NCBI GenBank assembly: GCA_038213805.1
Contig: JBBQSO010000071.1
Location: 1 to 27,568, forward strand
Length of the DNA: 27,568 nucleotides
DNA from: Planctomycetota bacterium
Lineage (GTDB): Bacteria; Planctomycetota; UBA11346
Direction of reading: 5' to 3'
Both the position numbers and the translations under genes were made by a program. This document shows positions 1-9,484 of the stretch, in pieces. The stretch's first letter is position 1. The number at the start of each line of letters is the position of its first letter. The notes beneath the pieces were generated by a model. The model did no database searches. It worked only from the letters and a program-made list of their open reading frames with translations, and had not been told where the DNA came from.

Positions 1-73
1 GGTCGGCCGCCGCGGCCAGACCGATGGCGACGGACAGCAACAGGATGCGCGCGGCCAATCCGGTGATCATCAT
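1..73 (-). CDS. 5' end of a secreted protein (signal peptide MMITGLAARILLLSVAIGLAAAAD), next gene of the Bat-type operon; truncated by the window edge
   Basis: ATG at 73 overlaps the TGA of the upstream VWA gene (ATGA coupling); hydrophobic signal-like N-terminus; position matches BatC/TPR-type genes. Confidence 0.55.
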   Translation of the reverse strand, partial: MMITGLAARILLLSVAIGLAAAAD

Positions 74-1059
74 CGCGGCGCCTCCCGCCGGCGCCGCGTC
101 GGCACCAGCACGCCGAGCAGGATGAGTGCGAAGCCGGGCAGCACCAGCCACTGGTAGCGCTCGCCGGCGACCACGCGGTGGCGTTCCTCCCACGGGTTCT
201 GCGCAACCTGCGCGCGCAGGTGCCGGTGGATGGCGGTGATGTCCTCGTCGCCGTTGCCGGCGTTGACGCAGATGCCGCCGCTCGCTACCGCCAGCGCGTC
301 GAGGGTCGCGCGGCTGGCCTCCATGCGCTCCTCTTTGCCGTCGATCACCAGCGTGGCGGGGCGCGCCGGGTCGCCGAGGAACAGCCCGTACACCGGCACG
401 CCGGCCTCGCGCACCTGCGCGCAGGCGGCCTGCACCGCGTCCTGATCATCGTCGGCGCCGTCGCTCAGCACCAGGATGGCCTGACCGCGCTCGACCTGCT
501 TGCGCAGCAGCTTGAGGCCGAACTGCACGGCCTCGCCGATGGCCGTACCCTGCAGGCCCTGGTCGGCCGGGAACAGCTCGGGGCTGCAGTCCTGGAGCAT
601 CTCGGCGAGCGCGTCGTGATCGCCGGTCAGCGGGCAGCGCAGCGTCGCGATGGCCGCGAAGGGTACCAGCGCCATGCGCGTCTCGGGGGCGGCGTGCAGC
701 AGCGCCAGGCACTTGCGCCGCGCTGACTCGAGGCGCGTCGGGTAGAGGTCGGTGGCGAGCATCGAGCGGCTGCAGTCGAGCAGCACCAGCACGTCGGCGC
801 CGTGCGCGGCGCGCAGCTCACTGCTCATGCCCCAGCGCGGTCCGGCAAGCGCAGTCGCGGCCACCGCCACCCCGCTCCACAGCAGCGCCTGGCGCTGCCA
901 GCCGCGCGCGCGCGCCACCGTCGCGGTGAGGTGCGCGCTGCCCGCGCCGACCCCGGCGCGCTGGCGCAGCACGCGCCGTCCCCACCACCAGCGCAGCCCG
1001 GCGAGGGCGGCGAGCAGCGGCAGGACCAGCAGCATGGCCGGGGCGGCGAAGAGGTTCAC
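70..1059 (-). CDS. batB: VWA domain membrane protein, BatB-like
   Basis: C-terminal part of ORF 70..1605. GTG start overlaps the batA stop (GTGA). N-terminal TM, LAGPRWG, MIDAS DCSRS, 'DLYPTRLE', 'PLTGD', 'VLSDG', C-terminal TM. Confidence 0.8.
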   Translation of the reverse strand: MNLFAAPAMLLVLPLLAALAGLRWWWGRRVLRQRAGVGAGSAHLTATVARARGWQRQALLWSGVAVAATALAGPRWGMSSELRAAHGADVLVLLDCSRSMLATDLYPTRLESARRKCLALLHAAPETRMALVPFAAIATLRCPLTGDHDALAEMLQDCSPELFPADQGLQGTAIGEAVQFGLKLLRKQVERGQAILVLSDGADDDQDAVQAACAQVREAGVPVYGLFLGDPARPATLVIDGKEERMEASRATLDALAVASGGICVNAGNGDEDITAIHRHLRAQVAQNPWEERHRVVAGERYQWLVLPGFALILLGVLVPTRRRREAPR

Positions 1060-2105
1060 GCCACCCCCCGCAGACGCGGCTCGAGCGCGAGCGCCAGCAC
1101 GGCCAACGCCACGCCGAGGGCCAGCGGCCAGGCGAAGCGGTCGGCGAAGTCGTCGTGCTCGATGATGGTGCGCGGCGTCGGCTCGAGGGCGTCGACCTGG
1201 GCGAAGATCTCGGCCAGGCCGGCGAGGTCGTTGGCCGCGAACGCCTTGCCGTCGGCCAGACCGGTGATGGCCTGCAGGCGGCCCATGTCGGGCAGCGCGT
1301 CGCCGCTCAGCGCCACGGTTTCGACGCGGCCGGCGCCGTCGCTGACGGTGTAGGTGCCGTGCGGATCGCCGACGCCGATGCCGTGGATGCGCACGCCCTT
1401 GTCGTGGGCGTAGCGCGCCGCCTCGAGCGGGTCCTTCCAGTTCTTCAGCTGGCGGCTGTCGACGCCATCGGTGATCAGGACGATCGCGCGGCCCTTCTGG
1501 TTGGGCGCGCGCAGCGCGCGCAGCGCAGCGCCCAGGCCCAGGCCGCAATTGGTGTTGTTGCCCAGCAGTCCGCCACCCTCGCCGCGTCCGGTGTCCTGGT
1601 TCCACAGTGCGCGCTGCTGGCGTTCGGTGCGCTCCAGGAACTGTGCGACGGTGTCGTGATCGTAGGTCAGTGGGCAGCTGGTCAGCGCATCGTCGCCGAA
1701 GAACACCAGTCCGATGCGGTCGTTGGGCCGGCCGGCGACGAACTGCGTGGCTGCCTTGATCACCGCTTCAAGACGGTCGACGCGCCGGCCGTTCGGCGTC
1801 GCCAGGTCGTCGATGCGCATGCTGCCGCTCAGGTCGATGACCAGCATCAGGTCGCGGCCGCTCTGGTCGTGTTCCTTGATCACCTGGCCGTACTGCGGCC
1901 GCGCCGCGGCGATCGCCAGCGCGGCCAAGGCGAGGCTGATCAGCACACGGAACAGCAGCGGGCCGCGGCTCGGGCGCAGCGCTTCGACGGCCAACGCGAA
2001 GCCGGCGAACTCGGCGCCGCCGCGGCGCTCGTGGCGCAGCAGCGGCAGGGCGGCGGGCAGCAGCAGGAGCAGCAGCCAGGGCGCGGCGAAGTGCGGCAGG
2101 TCCAT
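1056..2105 (-). CDS. batA: VWA domain membrane protein, BatA-like
   Basis: MDLPHFAAPWLLLLLL N-terminus (BatA F..PW motif), AARPQ, MIDAS DLSGS, 'DRIGLVFFG', 'PLTYD', 'LITDG', 'IHGIGVG'; ATG overlaps the upstream stop (TGATG). Confidence 0.85.
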   Translation of the reverse strand: MDLPHFAAPWLLLLLLPAALPLLRHERRGGAEFAGFALAVEALRPSRGPLLFRVLISLALAALAIAAARPQYGQVIKEHDQSGRDLMLVIDLSGSMRIDDLATPNGRRVDRLEAVIKAATQFVAGRPNDRIGLVFFGDDALTSCPLTYDHDTVAQFLERTERQQRALWNQDTGRGEGGGLLGNNTNCGLGLGAALRALRAPNQKGRAIVLITDGVDSRQLKNWKDPLEAARYAHDKGVRIHGIGVGDPHGTYTVSDGAGRVETVALSGDALPDMGRLQAITGLADGKAFAANDLAGLAEIFAQVDALEPTPRTIIEHDDFADRFAWPLALGVALAVLALALEPRLRGVA

Positions 2106-3319
2106 CAGCGCGCCCCTGCGGAAGTGTTGGTGGCGGCGGCCGGCTGCGTGCGCGCCTGCGCCTGACGTGCGGCCTCTTCGGCCTCGGCGTCGAGGCGCCG
2201 CTGGACGCCGTCGCACCACGCGCGCGCGCCCTCCATCAACGGTCGCACTGCGGTCGCCGGCAGATCCTCGGCCGCCCAGCGCAGGCCGTCGAGCTGGTCG
2301 AGCAGGCGCACCAGCTCGCGCTGCTCGGCCTCGGGGATGCGGCCGCGCAGGGCCGCCGCGGTCTCGCGCGTGGTCGAGCCAGGGCCGTCGAAGGCGAACT
2401 GCGCGCCACTGTAGCGGCGCAGCGCCAGGCTCAGGCGCGCGCCGGCCTCTTTGCCGTCGGGCGCGACGCGGGTCGCTTCCCAGTCGCTCTCGAAGCGCTG
2501 ACGCGGGGTCTGCACCGGCGGCAGGGCGCGGCGGCGCAGCAGCAGCGCCACGGTCAGCGCGGCGGCGGCGAGCAGCACCGCGGCCGCGCTCAGCAGCATG
2601 GTGCGGCCACTCGCGTCGCTGGCCGGGCGCGTCCACGCCGCGCGCGGCGCCGGCAGCTGCGGCGGCGCGGCCTCGGTGCCGACCTGCAGCAGCAGCGCGG
2701 TGCCTGCCGCGGCGTGGTCGGCGACGCTGCCGTCGGCGCGCGTCTCGCGCACCGTGAACGGCGGCACCGGCACTTCCCACGGGCCGCTACGCAGCGCGGC
2801 CAGGGTGATGGTGTAGACGCGGCGTTCCTCGTCGCCGCTGGCCAGGCGGCGGGCCGGTGGCAGGTCGGTGACGAACTGCCCGGTCAGGCCCGCGCCCGGA
2901 TCGGGCTCGCCCGCGCGGCTGCCGGGCCCGACCGGCGTCCAGGCGCGCGGCCAGCGGTAGGTGAAGGTGACCGCCACCGGGTCGCCGACATTGATCGCCG
3001 GCGCCACCGCGGAGAGCTCGACGGCGACGGCCTCTAGCGGGCGCGCGGACGGCGCCGCAGTGGCCGCCGGTGCGGTGGCTGGTGCCGGTGCGGCATCGGC
3101 GGCCCAGGCGCCCGCGGTGGCGAGGAGCAGGACCGCTGTGCGGAGCCAGGTACGAGGCGCGACGCACGCGTCGCCAGCAGCGGGTGGTGATTGGCGAGCG
3201 GCAAGCGGCGAGATGCGGTGTGCGCAGCGGTCCCTGACGCCCACGGCAACCCGCGCCGCCGACGTACTCAGCGCCCGCACCGCCTCCCGCCACCCTGTCA
3301 GACCGCGCCCCTCAACCAT
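2105..3319 (-). CDS. Hypothetical membrane-anchored protein of the MoxR/Bat operon (signal-like segment, beta-rich domain, TM, helical C-terminus); true start uncertain
   Basis: 404-aa ORF between DUF58 and batA, overlapping both; hydrophobic stretches 'TAVLLLATAGAWA' and 'LLSAAAVLLAAAALTVALLL'. Confidence 0.7.
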   Translation of the reverse strand: MVEGRGLTGWREAVRALSTSAARVAVGVRDRCAHRISPLAARQSPPAAGDACVAPRTWLRTAVLLLATAGAWAADAAPAPATAPAATAAPSARPLEAVAVELSAVAPAINVGDPVAVTFTYRWPRAWTPVGPGSRAGEPDPGAGLTGQFVTDLPPARRLASGDEERRVYTITLAALRSGPWEVPVPPFTVRETRADGSVADHAAAGTALLLQVGTEAAPPQLPAPRAAWTRPASDASGRTMLLSAAAVLLAAAALTVALLLRRRALPPVQTPRQRFESDWEATRVAPDGKEAGARLSLALRRYSGAQFAFDGPGSTTRETAAALRGRIPEAEQRELVRLLDQLDGLRWAAEDLPATAVRPLMEGARAWCDGVQRRLDAEAEEAARQAQARTQPAAATNTSAGAR

Positions 3320-4247
3320 GAACCCTCCGCCGACGCTCGCGGAAGAAGCGGCTGAGCGCGGTGAACGCGCCCTGCTCGGTGCCGAGCTCGACCAGGTCGC
3401 AGCCGGCGCCGCGGAAGGCGGTGGTAGCGTTCCCGCGCGCCTCGGCCCAGGCTGCGGCGTAGCGTTTCCGCGCCGCGGTGCCGCCGGCCAGCACCGCGCT
3501 CTCGTCGCCCTCGGGGTCGGCGAGCACGAACGGCGTGGTGCCGCCCGGCAGGGTGCGCTCAGCGGGATCGGCGATGCGCAGGCCGACCACGTCGTGGCGG
3601 CGGCTGGCGCGCGCCAGCGAGTCGGCGAAACGCAGGTCCTGGGTGCCGCGCGTGAACAGGAAGTCGCTGACCAGGAAGCACACCGCGCGCCGCGTCGCCA
3701 CGCGCACCAATTCGTCGAGAGCGTGCGCGAGATCGGTGGGGCGGGTGCCGGCGCGCGAGGCCAGCACCTCGCGCAGCAGGCGCGCGACGTGGCTGCGGCC
3801 CTTGCGCGCGGCGAGGTGGACCTCGGTGCGGTCGCTGAACGTCACCAGGCCGATGCGGTCGTTGTTCTTGAGCGCCGAGACCGCGACCACCGCCGCGGCC
3901 TCGGCGGCGAGTGCGAGCTTGGCGCGCGGGCTGACCCCGGGGATGGCGCCAAAGCGCATCGAGCCGCTGACGTCGACGAGCAGGAATACGGTCAGTTCGC
4001 GCTCCTCGCGGAAGACCTTGACGTAGGGCGCGCCGGCGCGCGCCGTCACATTCCAGTCGATGCTGCGCACGTCATCGCCGGGCGAGTACTCGCGGACCTC
4101 CTCGAACGCCATGCCCTGGCCGCGGAAGGCACTGCGGTACGGACCAGCGGCGAGGCCCGAGACCAGCCGCGAGGTGCGGATCTCGATCCTCTTCACCTGG
4201 CGCAGGATCTCGGCGAGTCCGTCCTGGACCGGCGGCGTTGCGGCCAT
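3312..4247 (-). CDS. DUF58 family protein (VWA-like partner of MoxR)
   Basis: Motifs 'YRSAFRGQGMAFEEVREYSPGDDVRSIDWNVTAR', 'VKVFREERE', 'DVSGSM', 'LVSDF'; start set at ATG 4247. Confidence 0.92.
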   Translation of the reverse strand: MAATPPVQDGLAEILRQVKRIEIRTSRLVSGLAAGPYRSAFRGQGMAFEEVREYSPGDDVRSIDWNVTARAGAPYVKVFREERELTVFLLVDVSGSMRFGAIPGVSPRAKLALAAEAAAVVAVSALKNNDRIGLVTFSDRTEVHLAARKGRSHVARLLREVLASRAGTRPTDLAHALDELVRVATRRAVCFLVSDFLFTRGTQDLRFADSLARASRRHDVVGLRIADPAERTLPGGTTPFVLADPEGDESAVLAGGTAARKRYAAAWAEARGNATTAFRGAGCDLVELGTEQGAFTALSRFFRERRRRVHG

Positions 4248-4254
4248 GGTCTGC

Positions 4255-5238
4255 TCAGGGCACCTGGACGTGTTCGAGCAGGCGCTGCACCAGCACGTCG
4301 CTGCTGAGCGATTCCGCTTCCGCCTCATAGCTGGGATGGATGCGGTGGCGCAGCACGTCTGGGGCGATGGTCTTGACGTCCTGCGGGGTGACGAAGCCGC
4401 GGCCCTCGAGGAAGGCCTGGGCGCGCGCGCCCACCGCCAGGGCGATGGTCGCGCGCGGGCTGGCCGGCACGTCGATCATGCCCGCCAGGCTGGCGATGCC
4501 CGCGCCCTTGGGGTCGCGGGTGGCGCGCACCAGGCTGACGCAGTAGTCCTTGAGGCGGTCGTCCATGTGCACCGCGTCCATCATCCGCTGGGCATGGGCG
4601 AGCGCCTCCATGGTCAGCACCTGGTGGATCTCGGGGACCTCGCGCGACAGCGCGCGGTCGAGCACGGTGCGCTCGTCGGCGGCGCTCGGGTAGTCGACGC
4701 GCACCTTCATCAGGAAGCGGTCGGTCTGCGCCTCGGGCAGCGGGTAGGTGCCCTCCTGCTCAAGGGGGTTCTGGGTGGCCAGGACCAGGAACGGGCGCGG
4801 CAGCGGGAAGGTTTCGTCGCCGATCGTCACCTGGCGTTCCTGCATCGCCTCAAGCAGCGCCGACTGGACCTTGGCCGGAGCGCGGTTGATCTCGTCGGCG
4901 AGCACGATCTGCGCGAACACCGGGCCCAGGCGGGTGGTGAACTGGCCACCAGCGTAGATGCGCGTGCCGACGATGTCGGCGGGCAGCAGGTCGGGGGTGA
5001 ACTGGATGCGGCTGAACTTCGCCGACAGGGCGCGCGCCAGGGTCTTGACCACCGTGGTCTTGGCCAGCCCGGGAACGCCCTCAAGCAGCAGGTGCGAGTC
5101 GGTGAGCAGGCCGATCAACAGGCGGCGCACCAGGTCGCGCTGGCCGACCAGGATCTTGGCGATCTCGGCCTCGACCAGGCGCAGCGGCTGGGCGGCGTCT
5201 GCATAGGCGGTGGCGGGGACGGCGGCGGGCACGGTCAT
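4255..5238 (-). CDS. moxR: MoxR family AAA+ ATPase
   Basis: Walker A GVPGLAKT, 'RIQFTPDLLPADIVG', Walker B 'LADEINRAPAKVQSALLEAMQE', 'ATQNPLEQEGTYPLPEAQTDRF'; GGAG upstream of ATG 5238. Confidence 0.95.
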   Translation of the reverse strand: MTVPAAVPATAYADAAQPLRLVEAEIAKILVGQRDLVRRLLIGLLTDSHLLLEGVPGLAKTTVVKTLARALSAKFSRIQFTPDLLPADIVGTRIYAGGQFTTRLGPVFAQIVLADEINRAPAKVQSALLEAMQERQVTIGDETFPLPRPFLVLATQNPLEQEGTYPLPEAQTDRFLMKVRVDYPSAADERTVLDRALSREVPEIHQVLTMEALAHAQRMMDAVHMDDRLKDYCVSLVRATRDPKGAGIASLAGMIDVPASPRATIALAVGARAQAFLEGRGFVTPQDVKTIAPDVLRHRIHPSYEAEAESLSSDVLVQRLLEHVQVP

Positions 5239-5372
5239 GGACGCTCCAGGGAGCTGGGGACGTCGGACCCTACTGGGCCTTTCGCTCCCCGGAAGGGTCG
5301 GGGAGTGGGGACGCAGGGGTCGGCTGGGCCGGTGCACCGCCGGTAGCCGATCGACGACCGCCTGCTGACCAC

Positions 5373-5505
5373 CGACAGCGGATAAAACAAGAGACGCGGA
5401 GGTGGAGAGGAGGGGAGGCGCCAAGGTCACTTTCCGGATGGGCTCTCTCCCTACGGTCCTCCTCCGGTCTCCGCGGCTCCGCGCCTCTTGTTTTATCGGT
5501 TGTCG
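5373..5505. repeat. Long imperfect inverted repeat (29-bp core arms, extendable inward) in the divergent moxR/hxlB intergenic region
   Basis: CGACAGCGGATAAAACAAGAGACGCGGAG (5373-5401) is the reverse complement of CTCCGCGCCTCTTGTTTTATCGGTTGTCG (5477-5505) with 3 mismatches. Confidence 0.8.
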
Positions 5506-5564
5506 CGGATCTCGGGTCTCTGGCCCCGCCGGCCTTTCCCCCTTCACCCGTGTGCTCGGCCGCC

Positions 5565-6140
5565 ATGCTGGCGCGCATGCAGAGCGCCTGTCGAGAGATC
5601 CTCGCCGAAGTCGCCGGCCTGCTCGAGCAGGTCCGCGATGACGAGGTCGAGCACATCTACAGCCAGATCGTCGCCGCCCCGCGCGTCTTCGGCTTCGCCA
5701 CCGGCCGTTCCGGGTTCGTGCTGCGCGGGTTCATCATGCGTCTGAACCACCTCGGCCAGACTGCCTACTACGTCGGCGAGGCCTCGACCCCACCGCTCGG
5801 CCCCGGCGACCTGCTGCTGGTGATGTCGGGCTCGGGCTCGACCGCCACCAGCCTGGGCGCCGCCATGGAGGCGGCCAAGCTTGGCGCCGCGGTCGCCGCC
5901 CTGGTCGGCAGCCGGCTGTCGCCACTCGGCCAACTCGCCGCCGCCCTGGTCGAGCTGCCCGCGCCGCACAAACGCGGCGTGATCGGCGACCAGGGCGCAC
6001 ACCACACCCGCCAGACCGCCGGCAGCCTCTTCGAGCAGGCCTGCTTCGTGCTGCTCGAAAGCATGATCCTGCGCCGCTTCAAGGAGCTGGGGCAGGATCC
6101 GCGCGCAGCGCTGACCAGGCACGCGAACCTCGAGGCCTGA
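5565..6140 (+). CDS. hxlB: SIS-domain sugar isomerase, 6-phospho-3-hexuloisomerase-like
   Basis: 'GRSGFVLRGFIMRLNHLG', 'VGEASTP', 'GDLLLVMSGSGST', 'GSLFEQ' and C-terminal 'RHANLE' are typical of PHI/HxlB. Confidence 0.85.
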   Translation: MLARMQSACREILAEVAGLLEQVRDDEVEHIYSQIVAAPRVFGFATGRSGFVLRGFIMRLNHLGQTAYYVGEASTPPLGPGDLLLVMSGSGSTATSLGAAMEAAKLGAAVAALVGSRLSPLGQLAAALVELPAPHKRGVIGDQGAHHTRQTAGSLFEQACFVLLESMILRRFKELGQDPRAALTRHANLEA

Positions 6141-6340
6141 GGGCGAGGAAACGGGAGGCGCCGCGAAGTTCGAGTTCCGCTTTTAGGGCAGCAGCAGGCG
6201 CCAGGTGTCCAGCGGGTGGACTCGGTACCAGCGTCTGGGGCATACCTGGGCCCGCGCGCCGCAGGCGCGCTCTCCGTCACATGCGGTCCAGCGGCGCGAG
6301 ATTCCAGGAAAGCCCCTCACGTGTCGACGGAGCACGAGGT

Positions 6341-6364
6341 CATGCTCGGCTGCAGCCGAGCATG
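6341..6364. other. Perfect 24-bp palindrome between convergent hxlB and thiC
   Basis: CATGCTCGGCTGCAGCCGAGCATG equals its own reverse complement. Confidence 0.6.
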
Positions 6365-6451
6365 CGAGCTGGAACGCCTTGCTCAGATCCACCGCCTGCC
6401 GACTACCTTCCGGGTTGGCCGAGATCACGAAGGCCCTGTGCAGCTCTCCGC

Positions 6452-8243
<1,792 letters not shown>

Positions 8244-8456
8244 GGCGGCATCATCCCGGCGGATGCGAGGGTGCAACGGCTGTCCGCGGCAACCTGCGCC
8301 GCTGTTCCAGCTTCGGAAAGTGCGCCCGCGGGTGCTGCGCGCGGGCATCCACAGGTCGCCAACGGTGCCATGGACACCTGCATCCCGCCGGCTAAACCCA
8401 TACGGCGCATGGTCTCTGCGCCCCACCGCTGGGGCGCTGCACGCACGGAACGCGAC

Positions 8457-9446
8457 ATGGCCGGGATCCCTCCGCCGCCCCACAACACCACGCGCATCGC
8501 GCGCAGCGCCGGCACCCCAGGGCGCGCGTTCGGGGAATTCATCATCCAGCGCGTCATCGCGGAAGGCGGACTCGGCATCGTCATGGAGGCGGTGCACCGC
8601 ACCACCCAGCGCCGCGTCGCGCTCAAGACCGTCAGCCCCGACTACCGCGAGCGCTTCGACATCACGCCGGAGCAGGTCCGCCAGCTGTTCTTCCACGAGG
8701 CCCAGGTGATGGCGGCGATCGACCACCCGCACGTCCTGCCGCTCTACGATGCGGGCCTGGCCCACCCCAGCCCCAAGGTGGCGGTGCCCTACCTCGCGCT
8801 GCGTCTGGTCGATGGCGGCGACCTCGCCAACCGCGTCCGCAGCGAAGGCGGCATGGAGGAGCGCGAGGTGCTGCGCCTGGCCTATGACTGCGCGCGCGGC
8901 CTCGAGGCGATCCACGTCGCGGGCTACGTGCACTGCGACATCAAGCCGGCCAACCTGCTGCTCGACCGCAGCGGCCACCTGCGCATCTCCGATTTCGGCG
9001 TCGCCTGCCGTACCGGCACCGGAGTCCAGGGCGGGCAGATCGCCGGCACGCCGAACTACCTCGCGCCGGAGCAGATCTCCGGCCTGCCGATGCAGCCGGG
9101 CGTCGACCTCTATTCGCTGGGCGCGACCATGCACTTCGCGCTCACCGGTCGCCCGCCCTACACTGGCGAGTCGGTCGGCGAGACCCTGCGCCTGGTGCGC
9201 GCCGCGACCGCGCCACCGGCGACCGGCACGCTGCGCCCGGGCCTGGGCGCCGACTGCGAAGCGGTGGTGCGCATGGCCCTGCACCCCGACCCCGGTCAGC
9301 GCTACGTGCACGCCCGGCAGATGATCCAGGATTGCCGCAGCGTGCTCGACGGGCGCAGCCCGGACCATGCGCTCGGACGCAAGGCGCGGCGCCGGACGCT
9401 GATCGGCTCACTGTTCTCGCGCGCCGACGCTGGCCGGGGCGGCTGA
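8457..9446 (+). CDS. Hanks-type Ser/Thr protein kinase, soluble, non-RD
   Basis: Gly-loop AEGGLGIV, VALK, HCDIKPAN, DFG, GTPNYLAPE, DLYSLG; no TM segment. Start uncertain (8409 is also possible). Confidence 0.9.
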   Translation: MAGIPPPPHNTTRIARSAGTPGRAFGEFIIQRVIAEGGLGIVMEAVHRTTQRRVALKTVSPDYRERFDITPEQVRQLFFHEAQVMAAIDHPHVLPLYDAGLAHPSPKVAVPYLALRLVDGGDLANRVRSEGGMEEREVLRLAYDCARGLEAIHVAGYVHCDIKPANLLLDRSGHLRISDFGVACRTGTGVQGGQIAGTPNYLAPEQISGLPMQPGVDLYSLGATMHFALTGRPPYTGESVGETLRLVRAATAPPATGTLRPGLGADCEAVVRMALHPDPGQRYVHARQMIQDCRSVLDGRSPDHALGRKARRRTLIGSLFSRADAGRGG

Positions 9447-9484
9447 ACGGTGATGGACACGGCCACCACGCCACGGACGGCGCC

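Noticed and set aside
1060..1605. Arg-rich N-terminal extensions of the track ORFs for batB, batA, moxR, the MFP, the RRM gene and fucU
   Set aside because: They overlap neighbouring genes or regulatory DNA; downstream starts with SD sites or stop/start coupling fit family lengths better
70..5238. MoxR/DUF58/VWA cluster as a novel system
   Set aside because: Gene order and motifs match the widespread MoxR-proper/Bat operon
6141..6451. Small ORFs between hxlB and thiC (6183..6428 -, 6205..6660 +)
   Set aside because: No recognisable motifs or convincing start signals; the region contains hairpins and looks non-coding
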